Below are positions 40,464 to 49,880 of a stretch of DNA of 64,000 bases, one piece after another (within the stretch, counting starts at the first letter, position 1; every line of letters starts with the position of its first letter). The notes below the pieces were generated by a model. The model saw nothing but the letters and a program-made list of their open reading frames with translations, did no database searches and was not told the origin of the DNA. This stretch comes from Flavobacteriales bacterium (lineage in GTDB: Bacteria; Bacteroidota; Bacteroidia; Flavobacteriales; Flavobacteriaceae). Where the stretch lies: contig SGZI01000001.1 of the NCBI GenBank assembly GCA_004213965.1, forward strand, positions 7,763 to 71,762. The letters run 5' to 3'. The translations under genes and the position numbers were made by a program.

Positions 40464-42917
40464 TTATTGTAATGTTTTATAGTTTTTAACCTTTTGATTT
40501 GTTAGTGCTATATCAATGACATCGCTCATTTCACTAACATAGTGAAATTTCAACCCTTTTAAATACTCATTTTTAATTTCATTTACATCTCTTTCATTTT
40601 GTTTTGAAAGAATAATCTCCTTAATTTTTGCTCTTTTTGCAGCAAGAATCTTTTCTTTTATTCCTCCCACTGGCAAGACTTTCCCTCTTAAAGTAATTTC
40701 ACCTGTCATTGCTATTTTTGATTTAATCTTCTTTTGAGTGTACAATGAAACTAAAGAAGTCAACATCGCTATTCCTGCACTTGGCCCATCTTTAGGTGTA
40801 GCACCTTCTGGGACATGAATATGTACATTATAGTTCTCAAACATATCTGATGATAAACCAAATTTATTTGCATTTGACTTAATGTATTCTAATGCAATTT
40901 TTGCTGACTCACTCATGACTTTTCCTAAATTCCCAGTAATTGAAAGCTTTCCTTTTCCTTTTGAAAGTATAGATTCAATGAATAGTATATCTCCACCAAC
41001 ACTTGTCCAAGCCAAGCCAGTTACAACTCCTGCAATATCATTGTTTTCATATTTATCTCTTTCAAGCTTAGGATTTCCAAGAATTTTATTCATCTCTTCA
41101 ATTGATATGTTTGGATTATACTTTATGTTTGTTGCTATATTTTTAGCACAATTTCTGACTAATTTTGCTATTTGTTTTTCCAACCCCCTCACACCTGATT
41201 CTCTTGTATAACCTTCTGTTATTTTTTCCATAACAGCATTTGTAATTTTAAGATCTTTTCTTTTTAACCCATGTTCATTTAATTGTTTCGGCAATAAAAA
41301 CTTTTTCCCTATTTGCACCTTTTCTTCTGTTGTATACCCACTAACATTAATTACTTCCATTCTATCTAATAATGCAGGCTGGATCGAAGAAAGATTATTG
41401 GATGTTGCAATAAACATGACCTTTGATAAATCATAACCTAACTCTAAGTAATTATCATAGAACTCCTTGTTTTGCTCTGGATCTAACACTTCTAACATTG
41501 CCGAAGATGGATCTCCTATATTTGAATGAGCTATTTTATCTATCTCATCTAGAACAAAAACAGGATTTGATTTATCTGCTTTTTTAATGTTTTGAATTAT
41601 TCTTCCAGGCATAGCTCCAATATATGTCTTTCTATGTCCTCTTATTTCTGCCTCATCTCTTAATCCGCCTAAAGAAATTCTTACATATTTTCTTCCAATT
41701 GCTTCTGCAATTGATTTTCCTAATGACGTTTTTCCAACTCCAGGAGGTCCATGAAGGCATAAAATAGGCGATTTCATGTCATTTCTTATTTTTAATACGG
41801 CTAAATACTCTATAATTCTCTTTTTTACATCATCTAGCCCAAAATGATCTCTATCAAGTATTTTCCTAGCCTTAATTAAGTCAAATTTATCTTTACTATA
41901 GCTATTCCAAGGTAAATCTAAAAGCAAGTCTAAATAGTTTCTTTGAACTGAATATTCTGCAACTTGAGGATTCATTCTTTGTAATTTAGCAATCTCCTTT
42001 TCAAAATGTTGCTTAATATTATCATCCCATTTCTTCTTTAATGCTCTTTTCTTCATATCATCAATCTCACTATCATGACTAACACCACCTAATTCTTCTT
42101 GAATGGTTTTCATTTGTTGATGAAGAAAAAATTCCCGTTGTTGTTGATTCAGATCTGTTTGAACTTTTGATTGTATGTCATTTCTTATCTCAAGTTTTTT
42201 AAACTCAATATTCATGAATTTTAAAGTGTCCAATGCTCTTTGTTTCAAATCATTCATCTCTAGTAATTTCTGTTTGTCCGAAACAGGCAAGTTCATGTTA
42301 GATGAAACAAAATTGATTAAGAATGAATTACTTTCTATATTTTTTATAGCAAAAGATGCTTCTGATGGAATATTTGGATTTCGTTTTATTATATCCAATG
42401 AAAGTTCCTTAATTGAATCAACTATTTCTTTAAATTCTGAGTTATCATCTCCCGGATTGACTTCTGAAATATCTTTAATATTTGCTGTTATATATGGTTT
42501 TTCTGAGATTATCCTATCTATTTCAAATCTCTTTTTACCCTGAATTATAACTGTTGTATTACCATCAGGCATTTGAAGTACTTTAAGTATTTTTGCTACC
42601 GTACCTACTTTGTATATTTGATTTGGTTTAGGATCTTCAACTTTTTCGTTTTTTTGAGCTACAACACCCAGTAACTTGTTAAAATTATTTGCATCCTTAA
42701 TTAATTGTATGGATTTATCTCTACTAGCTGTAATTGGAATAACAACACCAGGAAACAGAACAGTGTTTCTTAATGAAAGTATTGGTAATGTTTTAGGTAA
42801 ATTCTCTTTAATTATCTCTTTTTCATCCTCAGTGGTCATTAAAGGAATTAATTCCGAATTTTCATCAATATCCTGAGCTGACAAATTGTCAATATTAAAT
42901 ATATTTTCTTGCGACAT
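40464..42917 (-). CDS. lon: Endopeptidase La (Lon protease)
   Basis: 817 aa. It has a LON N-domain, GPPGVGKTS Walker A, and a proteolytic domain with [11 protein letters not shown] (catalytic Ser). Confidence 0.96.
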   Translation of the reverse strand: MSQENIFNIDNLSAQDIDENSELIPLMTTEDEKEIIKENLPKTLPILSLRNTVLFPGVVIPITASRDKSIQLIKDANNFNKLLGVVAQKNEKVEDPKPNQIYKVGTVAKILKVLQMPDGNTTVIIQGKKRFEIDRIISEKPYITANIKDISEVNPGDDNSEFKEIVDSIKELSLDIIKRNPNIPSEASFAIKNIESNSFLINFVSSNMNLPVSDKQKLLEMNDLKQRALDTLKFMNIEFKKLEIRNDIQSKVQTDLNQQQREFFLHQQMKTIQEELGGVSHDSEIDDMKKRALKKKWDDNIKQHFEKEIAKLQRMNPQVAEYSVQRNYLDLLLDLPWNSYSKDKFDLIKARKILDRDHFGLDDVKKRIIEYLAVLKIRNDMKSPILCLHGPPGVGKTSLGKSIAEAIGRKYVRISLGGLRDEAEIRGHRKTYIGAMPGRIIQNIKKADKSNPVFVLDEIDKIAHSNIGDPSSAMLEVLDPEQNKEFYDNYLELGYDLSKVMFIATSNNLSSIQPALLDRMEVINVSGYTTEEKVQIGKKFLLPKQLNEHGLKRKDLKITNAVMEKITEGYTRESGVRGLEKQIAKLVRNCAKNIATNIKYNPNISIEEMNKILGNPKLERDKYENNDIAGVVTGLAWTSVGGDILFIESILSKGKGKLSITGNLGKVMSESAKIALEYIKSNANKFGLSSDMFENYNVHIHVPEGATPKDGPSAGIAMLTSLVSLYTQKKIKSKIAMTGEITLRGKVLPVGGIKEKILAAKRAKIKEIILSKQNERDVNEIKNEYLKGLKFHYVSEMSDVIDIALTNQKVKNYKTLQ

Positions 42918-43003
42918 ATTATTTATGTTTTATTTTATTAGTCAATAACCATATCTGTTAATAGCTAAATAAAATATTTTTTTCAGTATATATTGTTCAA
43001 TTT

Positions 43004-44350
43004 TTATGCCAATAGATTATGTTCTATCTTTTTATTTAATTTGATAAGAATTATTGCACCTATAACAAAGAAGACTAGAAATAATAATATTGAGTTTCTC
43101 ATGCTTCCTGTAATCTGGTCTATAGTGGCGAAAAGAGTCATACCAATCACAATGCTTAATTTCTGTGAAACATCATAAAAACTAAAATATGATGTGTTAT
43201 TTGTAGTGCTAGGTATAAATTTAGAAAATGTTGATCTAGACAATGCTTGAATTCCCCCCATTACTAAGCCAACTAAACCAGCAGCAATATAAAACTCAGT
43301 TGAAGTTTCTACATAATAACCGAAAACACATATAAGTGCCCATATAATATTTAATATTATAAGCGTTTTTAGATTTCCTATTTTATCAGATATTTTAGCA
43401 CTAAGCAATGCGCCAAACATTGCTACTAGTTGAATAAGTAGTATACTAAGAATAAGTCCAAAGGTTTTCTCTCCTTCACTCCAACTAATTTCAGCTTCAC
43501 CAAAATAAGTTGCTACTAAAATTACGGTTTGCAGTGCTATACTATAAATAAAAAATGCTAGTAGAAATGTTTTTAGAATTTGATTGTTTTTTAACTCATC
43601 CCATACTGTCTTTAGTTCATGAAAACCTGAAAAAATAATACCTTTCTTATTGATTGAGGAATTATCTAATGATTTTTGTGAATTATAGTATTTTCTTCCG
43701 GGTAAATAGTAAAAACTGTATTGACTAAATAAAAACCACCAGACACCAACCATTATAAAGGATAATTTCATTGCTTTTATTTCAGCTACTACCCCACTTG
43801 AATCAGAAATTCCAAAATACTCTGGAAAATTAATCATTATAAGATTAACTAAAAGAAGGATAACACTACCGACGTAACCCATTGCATATCCTTTCGCACT
43901 TATTTTATCTTGTTGTTCTTGGTAAGCTATTTCAGGTAAATAAGAATTGTAGAAGACTAGACTTGCCCAAAACCCTATTAATGCAATAAAATAATAAAGA
44001 AGGCTTAAGTTTAAATTATCTATTTCAAACCAATACAACAAGATACATGCAGCAGATCCAGAATAGCAAAAAACTTTCATAAAGAACTTTTTACCTCCTG
44101 TATAATCAGCAATACCAGATAGTAGTGGTGAAAGAAAAACTAAAATTACAAACGCGAATGCAGTCACATAACTAATAAGTGCAGTATTCTTAAAAGAATA
44201 GCCAAAAAAGTCTATATAGTCATCAGTAATGATTCCATAGTATATCGGAAAGATTGCTGTAGAAATTACAAGTGGGTATACTGAATTAGCCCAATCATAT
44301 ATAGCCCAAGCATTTAATAACTTTTTACTTCCTTTTTTGTATTTTTTCAT
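43004..44350 (-). CDS. MFS transporter, UMF1 (Atg22-like) family
   Basis: 448 aa with about 12 TM helices. The N-terminal WAIYDWANSVY motif is typical of UMF1. Confidence 0.75.
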   Translation of the reverse strand: MKKYKKGSKKLLNAWAIYDWANSVYPLVISTAIFPIYYGIITDDYIDFFGYSFKNTALISYVTAFAFVILVFLSPLLSGIADYTGGKKFFMKVFCYSGSAACILLYWFEIDNLNLSLLYYFIALIGFWASLVFYNSYLPEIAYQEQQDKISAKGYAMGYVGSVILLLVNLIMINFPEYFGISDSSGVVAEIKAMKLSFIMVGVWWFLFSQYSFYYLPGRKYYNSQKSLDNSSINKKGIIFSGFHELKTVWDELKNNQILKTFLLAFFIYSIALQTVILVATYFGEAEISWSEGEKTFGLILSILLIQLVAMFGALLSAKISDKIGNLKTLIILNIIWALICVFGYYVETSTEFYIAAGLVGLVMGGIQALSRSTFSKFIPSTTNNTSYFSFYDVSQKLSIVIGMTLFATIDQITGSMRNSILLFLVFFVIGAIILIKLNKKIEHNLLA

Positions 44351-44368
44351 ATAATTAAGATACTTTTG
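44336..44368 (+). promoter_or_regulatory. Candidate sigma-A promoter for msrB(-lpdA-xerD)
   Basis: TTTG (44336-44339), a 21-nt spacer and TACTTTTG (44361-44368) match TTTG-N19-21-TAnnTTTG. It lies 83 nt upstream of the msrB ATG. Confidence 0.4.
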
Positions 44369-44450
44369 CAGAAGTCTTAGTATAGTTTAATTAATAGGTT
44401 AAAAAGATAAGAATATATTTTATATTATAGCCAATTAAATTGTTATTTAT

Positions 44451-44945
44451 ATGAAAAATCCATGGGTGTTAGCAATCTTGTTTCTTTGTTATTATAATAG
44501 TGTTTTCTCGCAAGAAAAGATTGTAAATACTACCCAAAAAATAAAACAAAATGATATGAGCAATAAAACACCTGAAGAATGGAAAAAAATACTAAATGAT
44601 GAAGAGTATAGAGTATTAATTGAAAAAGGGACTGAATACCCTCATACAGGAGAGTATAACACGCATTTTGAAAATGGAGTATATAACTGTAATGGCTGTA
44701 AAACTCCTTTGTTTACAAGTGATCAAAAATTTAAATCTGATTGTGGTTGGCCAAGTTTTGATGAAGCTGTAAAGGGAGCAATAAAATATGTAGATGATTA
44801 TTCCTTAAGCAGGTATAGGGTAGAAATTATATGTGCAAACTGCAATGGACATCTGGGGCACATATTTGACGATGGCCCAACTGAAACAGGAAAAAGATAC
44901 TGTGTTAATTCAGTAAGTCTTGATTTTAATAAGAAATCTAAATAA
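44451..44945 (+). CDS. msrB: Peptide-methionine (R)-S-oxide reductase MsrB with predicted N-terminal signal peptide
   Basis: 164 aa. It has two Zn-binding CxxC pairs (CNGC, CANC), a catalytic RYCVNS and a recycling Cys in CGWPSF. The N-terminus MKNPWVLAILFLCYYNSVFSQ looks like a Sec signal. Confidence 0.88.
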   Translation: MKNPWVLAILFLCYYNSVFSQEKIVNTTQKIKQNDMSNKTPEEWKKILNDEEYRVLIEKGTEYPHTGEYNTHFENGVYNCNGCKTPLFTSDQKFKSDCGWPSFDEAVKGAIKYVDDYSLSRYRVEIICANCNGHLGHIFDDGPTETGKRYCVNSVSLDFNKKSK

Positions 44946-44963
44946 TATAAAAGCTTAAACGAA

Positions 44964-46340
44964 ATGACAAAATATGATATAATAATTATTGGAAGTGGTC
45001 CAGGAGGATATGTAACTGCTATTAGAGCATCACAGCTAGGTTTTAAAACTGCTTTAGTTGAAAAAGAAAGTCTGGGTGGAATTTGCCTAAATTGGGGATG
45101 TATACCTACAAAGGCATTATTAAAATCTGCAGAAGTTTTTGAATATTTAAATCATGCTGATGATTATGGTTTTTCTACAAAAGGAATATCTAGTGATTTT
45201 AATGCAATTATTTCAAGAAGCCGAAATGTTGCTGACGGCATGAGTAAAGGTGTTAAATTTCTTATGAAAAAAAACAAGATAGATGTGATAAATGGTTACG
45301 GGAAAGTTAAACCCGGAAAAGTTGTTGATGTAGATGGAATAGAATATCAAGCAGAAAATATTATTATAGCTACTGGCGCTAGGTCAAGAGTACTGCCTTC
45401 AATACCTCAGGATGGAAAAAAAGTTATTGGATATAGAGAAGCTATGAGCTTATCCAAACAACCAAAAAAGATGATTGTAGTTGGTTCAGGTGCAATTGGA
45501 GTAGAATTTGCGTATTTCTATAACAGCTTAGGTACGGAGGTTACTATAGTAGAGTACTTACCTAATCTAGTTCCTTTAGAGGATCAGGAAATTTCAAAAG
45601 AATTAGAAAAATCCTTTAAAAAGAAAGGTATTAAAGTTTTAACATCTACAGAGGTAACATCAATAAATACTAAAGGAAAAGATGTAAAAGCAACTGTTAA
45701 AACTAAAAAAGGTGATGAGGTTATATCTGCGGATGTTTTATTATCAGCAACTGGAATAAAGTCTAATATTGAAGATATTGGTTTAGAGGATGTAGGTATT
45801 GCTGTAGATAAAGATAAAGTACTAGTAGACTCCTATTATCAAACTAATATTCCTGGTTATTATGCTATTGGTGATATTGTTCCAGGACCTGCTCTTGCAC
45901 ATGTTGCTTCAGCTGAAGGAATCTTGTGTGTAGAGAAAATTTCAGGGCATGATGTTGCGCCAATTGACTATGGAAATATCCCAGGATGCACATATTGTTC
46001 TCCAGAAATATCTAGTGTTGGTTTAACTGAAAAGCAAGCTATAGATAAAGGATTTGATATAAAAATTGGGAAATTTCCTTTTTCTGCTTCTGGAAAAGCT
46101 AGCGCATCTGGAAAAAAAGATGGTTTTGTTAAGGTTATATTTGATTCAAAATATGGTGAATGGTTAGGTTGTCATATGATTGGAGCTGGAGTAACGGATA
46201 TGATAGCAGAAGCTGTTCTAGGAAGAAAGCTTGAAACTACAGGGTTAGAAGTGCTTAAAACAATACACCCTCACCCTACTATGAGTGAGGCAATAATGGA
46301 AGCAGTAGCTGACGCATACGATGAAGTTATACATCTTTAA
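44964..46340 (+). CDS. lpdA: Dihydrolipoyl dehydrogenase (E3)
   Basis: 458 aa. Motifs are GSGPGGY, the GGICLNWGCIPTK redox disulfide and the C-terminal HPHPTMSE. Confidence 0.93.
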   Translation: MTKYDIIIIGSGPGGYVTAIRASQLGFKTALVEKESLGGICLNWGCIPTKALLKSAEVFEYLNHADDYGFSTKGISSDFNAIISRSRNVADGMSKGVKFLMKKNKIDVINGYGKVKPGKVVDVDGIEYQAENIIIATGARSRVLPSIPQDGKKVIGYREAMSLSKQPKKMIVVGSGAIGVEFAYFYNSLGTEVTIVEYLPNLVPLEDQEISKELEKSFKKKGIKVLTSTEVTSINTKGKDVKATVKTKKGDEVISADVLLSATGIKSNIEDIGLEDVGIAVDKDKVLVDSYYQTNIPGYYAIGDIVPGPALAHVASAEGILCVEKISGHDVAPIDYGNIPGCTYCSPEISSVGLTEKQAIDKGFDIKIGKFPFSASGKASASGKKDGFVKVIFDSKYGEWLGCHMIGAGVTDMIAEAVLGRKLETTGLEVLKTIHPHPTMSEAIMEAVADAYDEVIHL

Positions 46341-46366
46341 TTAAATTCTCCCCATAAACTAATGGA

Positions 46367-47272
46367 ATGAAATGGGAAACAGCAATAAATAATTTCAAAA
46401 ATTATTTAAAAATAGAAAGAGGACTATCAAATAACTCTATTAGTAGTTATGAAAGTGATATTCTAAAACTATCTAATTTTATTTTAAATAATAATAAATC
46501 TATAAGCCCATTAAAAGTTTCATCAGATTTAGTAAAAGAATTTATTTATTCAATATCTAATTCTATCAGCTCTAGCTCACAGTCCAGAATAATATCAGGT
46601 CTTAGAAGTTTCTTTGAATATCTTATTTTTGAGAAGTATATTACTAACAACCCTTTGTCCTTAATTGAATCACCAAGAATTTCAAGAAAACTTCCTGATA
46701 CATTAACAATTAAAGAAATAGATAAGCTAATATCAATGATAGACTCAAAATCAAATGAATATGAGAGGAATGTAGCTATTATTGAAACCCTTTATGGGTG
46801 TGGACTAAGAGTTAGTGAGTTAATTTCACTTAAACTTTCAGACCTGTTTTTTAGCGAAGGCTTTATTAAAGTTACTGGTAAGGGAAATAAACAAAGATTA
46901 GTTCCTATAAGTACACTAACTAAAAAGATTATTAAAACCTATATTACTAATTCAAGAAAAAAAATAAAGATTATTGAAGAATTTAGAGATATAGTATTTT
47001 TAAATAGAAGAGGTAATGCCCTTTCAAGAGCAATGATTTTTACTATCGTAAAAAATTTAACCAAATTATCAAACATCAATAAAGTTATTTCTCCTCACAC
47101 TTTTAGACATTCATTTGCTACTCATTTATTAGAGAATGGTGCTGACCTTAAAACAATTCAACAATTATTAGGTCATCAAAGCATAACTACTACAGAAATA
47201 TATATGCATGTCGACAATAGAATGCTAATTACTGCTATTAATAAATTTCATCCTAGATCAAGTGCTAATTAG
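46367..47272 (+). CDS. xerD: Site-specific tyrosine recombinase XerD
   Basis: 301 aa. It has an N-terminal SAM-like domain, GLRVSEL, HTFRHSFATHLL, LGHxSITTTEIY and a catalytic R-H-R-Y layout. Confidence 0.85.
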   Translation: MKWETAINNFKNYLKIERGLSNNSISSYESDILKLSNFILNNNKSISPLKVSSDLVKEFIYSISNSISSSSQSRIISGLRSFFEYLIFEKYITNNPLSLIESPRISRKLPDTLTIKEIDKLISMIDSKSNEYERNVAIIETLYGCGLRVSELISLKLSDLFFSEGFIKVTGKGNKQRLVPISTLTKKIIKTYITNSRKKIKIIEEFRDIVFLNRRGNALSRAMIFTIVKNLTKLSNINKVISPHTFRHSFATHLLENGADLKTIQQLLGHQSITTTEIYMHVDNRMLITAINKFHPRSSAN

Positions 47273-47308
47273 ATATATTGGCTTAGATGTGTCTAATTCA
47301 ATATGTAT

Positions 47309-47476
47309 AAAAAAACCTACACAAGCATTTTATTATAAACTCCTTTTTAACAGGTTTAGGGCTACAAAGCTGATCAAAAATCTGAAAATTTTCAGCACGA
47401 TTTAACAACTTAAACTCACCCTTTTTAATTTATTAGTGTTGAGTTTATTAAAAAACTAGTGCAGGTAGTTTTGTAG
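47309..47476 (-). ncRNA. Candidate structured small RNA (6S-like?) downstream of zapA; ends approximate
   Basis: This lies in a 224-nt gap with no ORF on either strand. The minus-strand 5' arm CAAAACTACCTGCA...TTTT..ATAAACTC can pair with the 3' arm GAGTTTAT..AAAA.TGC....GTAGGTTTT, followed by T7 (47315-47309). Internal hairpins are at 47382-47395 and 47412-47446. No covariance model was run. Confidence 0.35.
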
Positions 47477-47496
47477 ATTAAAAGTACATAAATAAA

Positions 47497-47781
47497 TTAT
47501 ACTTCTTTTAATAATTCATTTAAATGAAGGAGTCTGTCTTCTAATGATTTATTTAAATTATTTTCATCAATAGTCTTCTGAGTTTTCTTTGAAGCAATTT
47601 GCAGAGCACACATCGCTAGAACATCTTGCTTATCTCTAACAGAGTAATTTTCTTCGAATTCCTTTACCATTTTATTGATTTCTTGGGCAGTCTTTCTTAA
47701 ACCCTCTTCTTGAGAAGGATGTATTGTCAATGGATAGACTCTATTGGCAATAGAAAGTTTAATTTTTAATTTTTCAGACAT
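47497..47781 (-). CDS. zapA: Cell division protein ZapA
   Basis: 94 aa. The N-terminus IKLSIANRVYPLTIHPSQEEGLRKTAQEIN fits the ZapA pattern (I.I.gr.Y.l....eE..l..aA), followed by a coiled-coil tail. Confidence 0.75.
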   Translation of the reverse strand: MSEKLKIKLSIANRVYPLTIHPSQEEGLRKTAQEINKMVKEFEENYSVRDKQDVLAMCALQIASKKTQKTIDENNLNKSLEDRLLHLNELLKEV

Positions 47782-47785
47782 ATAT

Positions 47786-48136
47786 TTAATCTGATAATTG
47801 AGAAATACAGTAATCTACTTCTCTTATCAATGAATTGATTTCATTTTTTGTTTCTCCAATATTTTTGCTATCACTACCAGTAATAGCACTTGCAATTTTC
47901 AAAGCCTTATACTTTTCCTTCATCGACTCAATTATTTCTTCATTATCTAAATTTTTGGCAAGAGCTACATTTAATTTTTCATCCAAATCCTTATTTTGAT
48001 CTACCAATCTACTAATCTTAGCTAAAGCTTTACTGACTTTTTCTTCAATTTCAATAGATATAGATTCTAAATTCTTCAATTTAATGTAAATTAATGCTGT
48101 ACAAACAAAGTTAATATAGATAATTATTATTTTCAA
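47786..48136 (-). CDS. Coiled-coil protein upstream of zapA, function unknown
   Basis: The ORF-track start at 48136 is a TTG. A second TTG at 48079 would give a 97-aa fully coiled-coil protein (MKNLESISIEIEEKV...) without the odd hydrophobic N-terminus. The only in-frame ATG lies deep inside the ORF (codon 72, MKEKYK). The gap to zapA is 4 nt. Confidence 0.55.
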   Translation of the reverse strand: MKIIIIYINFVCTALIYIKLKNLESISIEIEEKVSKALAKISRLVDQNKDLDEKLNVALAKNLDNEEIIESMKEKYKALKIASAITGSDSKNIGETKNEINSLIREVDYCISQLSD

Positions 48137-48195
48137 TTTTTTTAAAAAAATTAATTTATTTCATCAAAAAAAATGATATTTATAAAACTTTTTTC

Positions 48196-49878
48196 ATGAG
48201 AATAGTATTTTTCATTTTACTGATTATAAGCAATATTGCCTTATCTCAGAATAAATCAACAAATGAAGATATTATACCATTAGACATTCCAATTAATTTG
48301 TCTGGAACTTATGGAGAGTTAAGATCTAATCATTTCCATTCAGGAATAGACATTAAAACAAAGGGTGTTGAGGGGTTAAATGTGTATTCATATGACAATG
48401 GATACGTAAGTAGAATCAAAATAAGTCATGGTGGTTACGGAAAAGCATTGTACATATTACATCCTAATGGCACAAGCTCAGTATATGCCCATTTAAAAAA
48501 ATTCTCACCTAAAATTGAAAAAATTGTAAAATCTAAGCAGTACAGGAAGAAATCTTATGAAATTGAATTTTTTCCAAAAGAGAATGAAATTAAAATATTA
48601 AAAAATGAAATAATTGCATTTAGTGGCAACACTGGAGGAACAACAGGACCACATTTACATTTTGAATTAAGAGATGCTAATCAAATCCCTGTCAATCCAT
48701 TGTTGAATTCAAATATTTCTATTAAAGACAATACTCCTCCTTTTGTTAGCGAATTATTCTATACAAAAGATTCATATGATGTTCAAAATAAACATAAAAT
48801 AGAAAAAATTTCCAATACTAGATATCTTGCTGATACAATAAAGAATTCGGGAAAAATAGGTTTTGGAATTATTGCTTTTGACAAGCATGATTTAGCTAAT
48901 AATAAGAATGGGGTTTCTAAAATATCTACCTATCTAAACGGTAATAAAATACTATCTATATCATTTGATTCTATCTCATTTAACGAAACCAAACATATAA
49001 ACACATTTATTGACTATGCTTTTTTTAAAAACAACAAAAAAAGAATACAAAAATTATATGTAGAAGATTATAATCCTTTGCAATTCTATACTACTAAATT
49101 AAATAATGGGTATATATCAGTAAATCACGGAGAATCATATAATTATGAAATACACTTAACAGACTCAAATGAAAATACAAGTAGATTAACAATTCCTATT
49201 ATTGGGGATAGTTTAACTAATAGCTTAGATCATTATAAAAATAAATCGTTTAGTGAATTAGATTTTATAGAGACTAAAAAAGATTATGAGTTTGATTTTA
49301 TAGATGCCAAGGTTGATATTCCTAAAGAAGCATTCTATAAAGACTTATTTCTTGACATATCTTATAAAAACGATATTCTTTCTATTGACAAAGACACTAT
49401 TCCACTACTTAAACCAATTACAATTTCTTTTAATACAGATCGTTATAATGATTCAATAAAAGATAAGTTATTTGTTGGAAAACTATCTGAAAAGAATAAA
49501 ATGGTAAATTACGTATATACAATAGATGTATTAAACAATAAGAAATCATCTACTAAAACCTTGGGGAATTATATGATAAAATTAGACACAATAAACCCTT
49601 ATATATCCCCAATTGGATTTAAACAAAATGATTGGATATCTAATTTTACTAATCTTAAAATACAAATTAGAGATAATGAATCAGGAATCAGAAAATATAG
49701 TGGCTGGATAAACGACAAGTGGATTCTCTTTGAATTAAATACAAAAAAAGGAGTATTAGTATATAATTTTGATGATAATGTCATAAAAGAAGCTAAAAAC
49801 AACTTATTTATTGAAGTAATAGATAATGTTGGGAACAGATCTGAATATAAAACTACTTTTTATCGAAAACCTAATTAA
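48196..49878 (+). CDS. M23 (LytM) family metallopeptidase, secreted, with ~370-aa C-terminal extension
   Basis: 560 aa with a signal peptide. It has HFHSGIDI (HxxxD) and GPHLHFELR (HxH) zinc-site motifs. Confidence 0.85.
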   Translation: MRIVFFILLIISNIALSQNKSTNEDIIPLDIPINLSGTYGELRSNHFHSGIDIKTKGVEGLNVYSYDNGYVSRIKISHGGYGKALYILHPNGTSSVYAHLKKFSPKIEKIVKSKQYRKKSYEIEFFPKENEIKILKNEIIAFSGNTGGTTGPHLHFELRDANQIPVNPLLNSNISIKDNTPPFVSELFYTKDSYDVQNKHKIEKISNTRYLADTIKNSGKIGFGIIAFDKHDLANNKNGVSKISTYLNGNKILSISFDSISFNETKHINTFIDYAFFKNNKKRIQKLYVEDYNPLQFYTTKLNNGYISVNHGESYNYEIHLTDSNENTSRLTIPIIGDSLTNSLDHYKNKSFSELDFIETKKDYEFDFIDAKVDIPKEAFYKDLFLDISYKNDILSIDKDTIPLLKPITISFNTDRYNDSIKDKLFVGKLSEKNKMVNYVYTIDVLNNKKSSTKTLGNYMIKLDTINPYISPIGFKQNDWISNFTNLKIQIRDNESGIRKYSGWINDKWILFELNTKKGVLVYNFDDNVIKEAKNNLFIEVIDNVGNRSEYKTTFYRKPN

Positions 49879-49880
49879 AC

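Noticed and set aside
46367-47272. A tyrosine recombinase as a possible marker of an integrated mobile element, given that the tRNA cluster at 11.9-12.2 kb could be an integration hotspot
   Set aside because: The protein has the full XerD-type layout and length. It sits in an msrB-lpdA-xerD housekeeping context. I see no flanking direct repeats, phage, transposase or cargo genes nearby. The genes next to the tRNA cluster are an ordinary membrane protein and an HD-domain protein.
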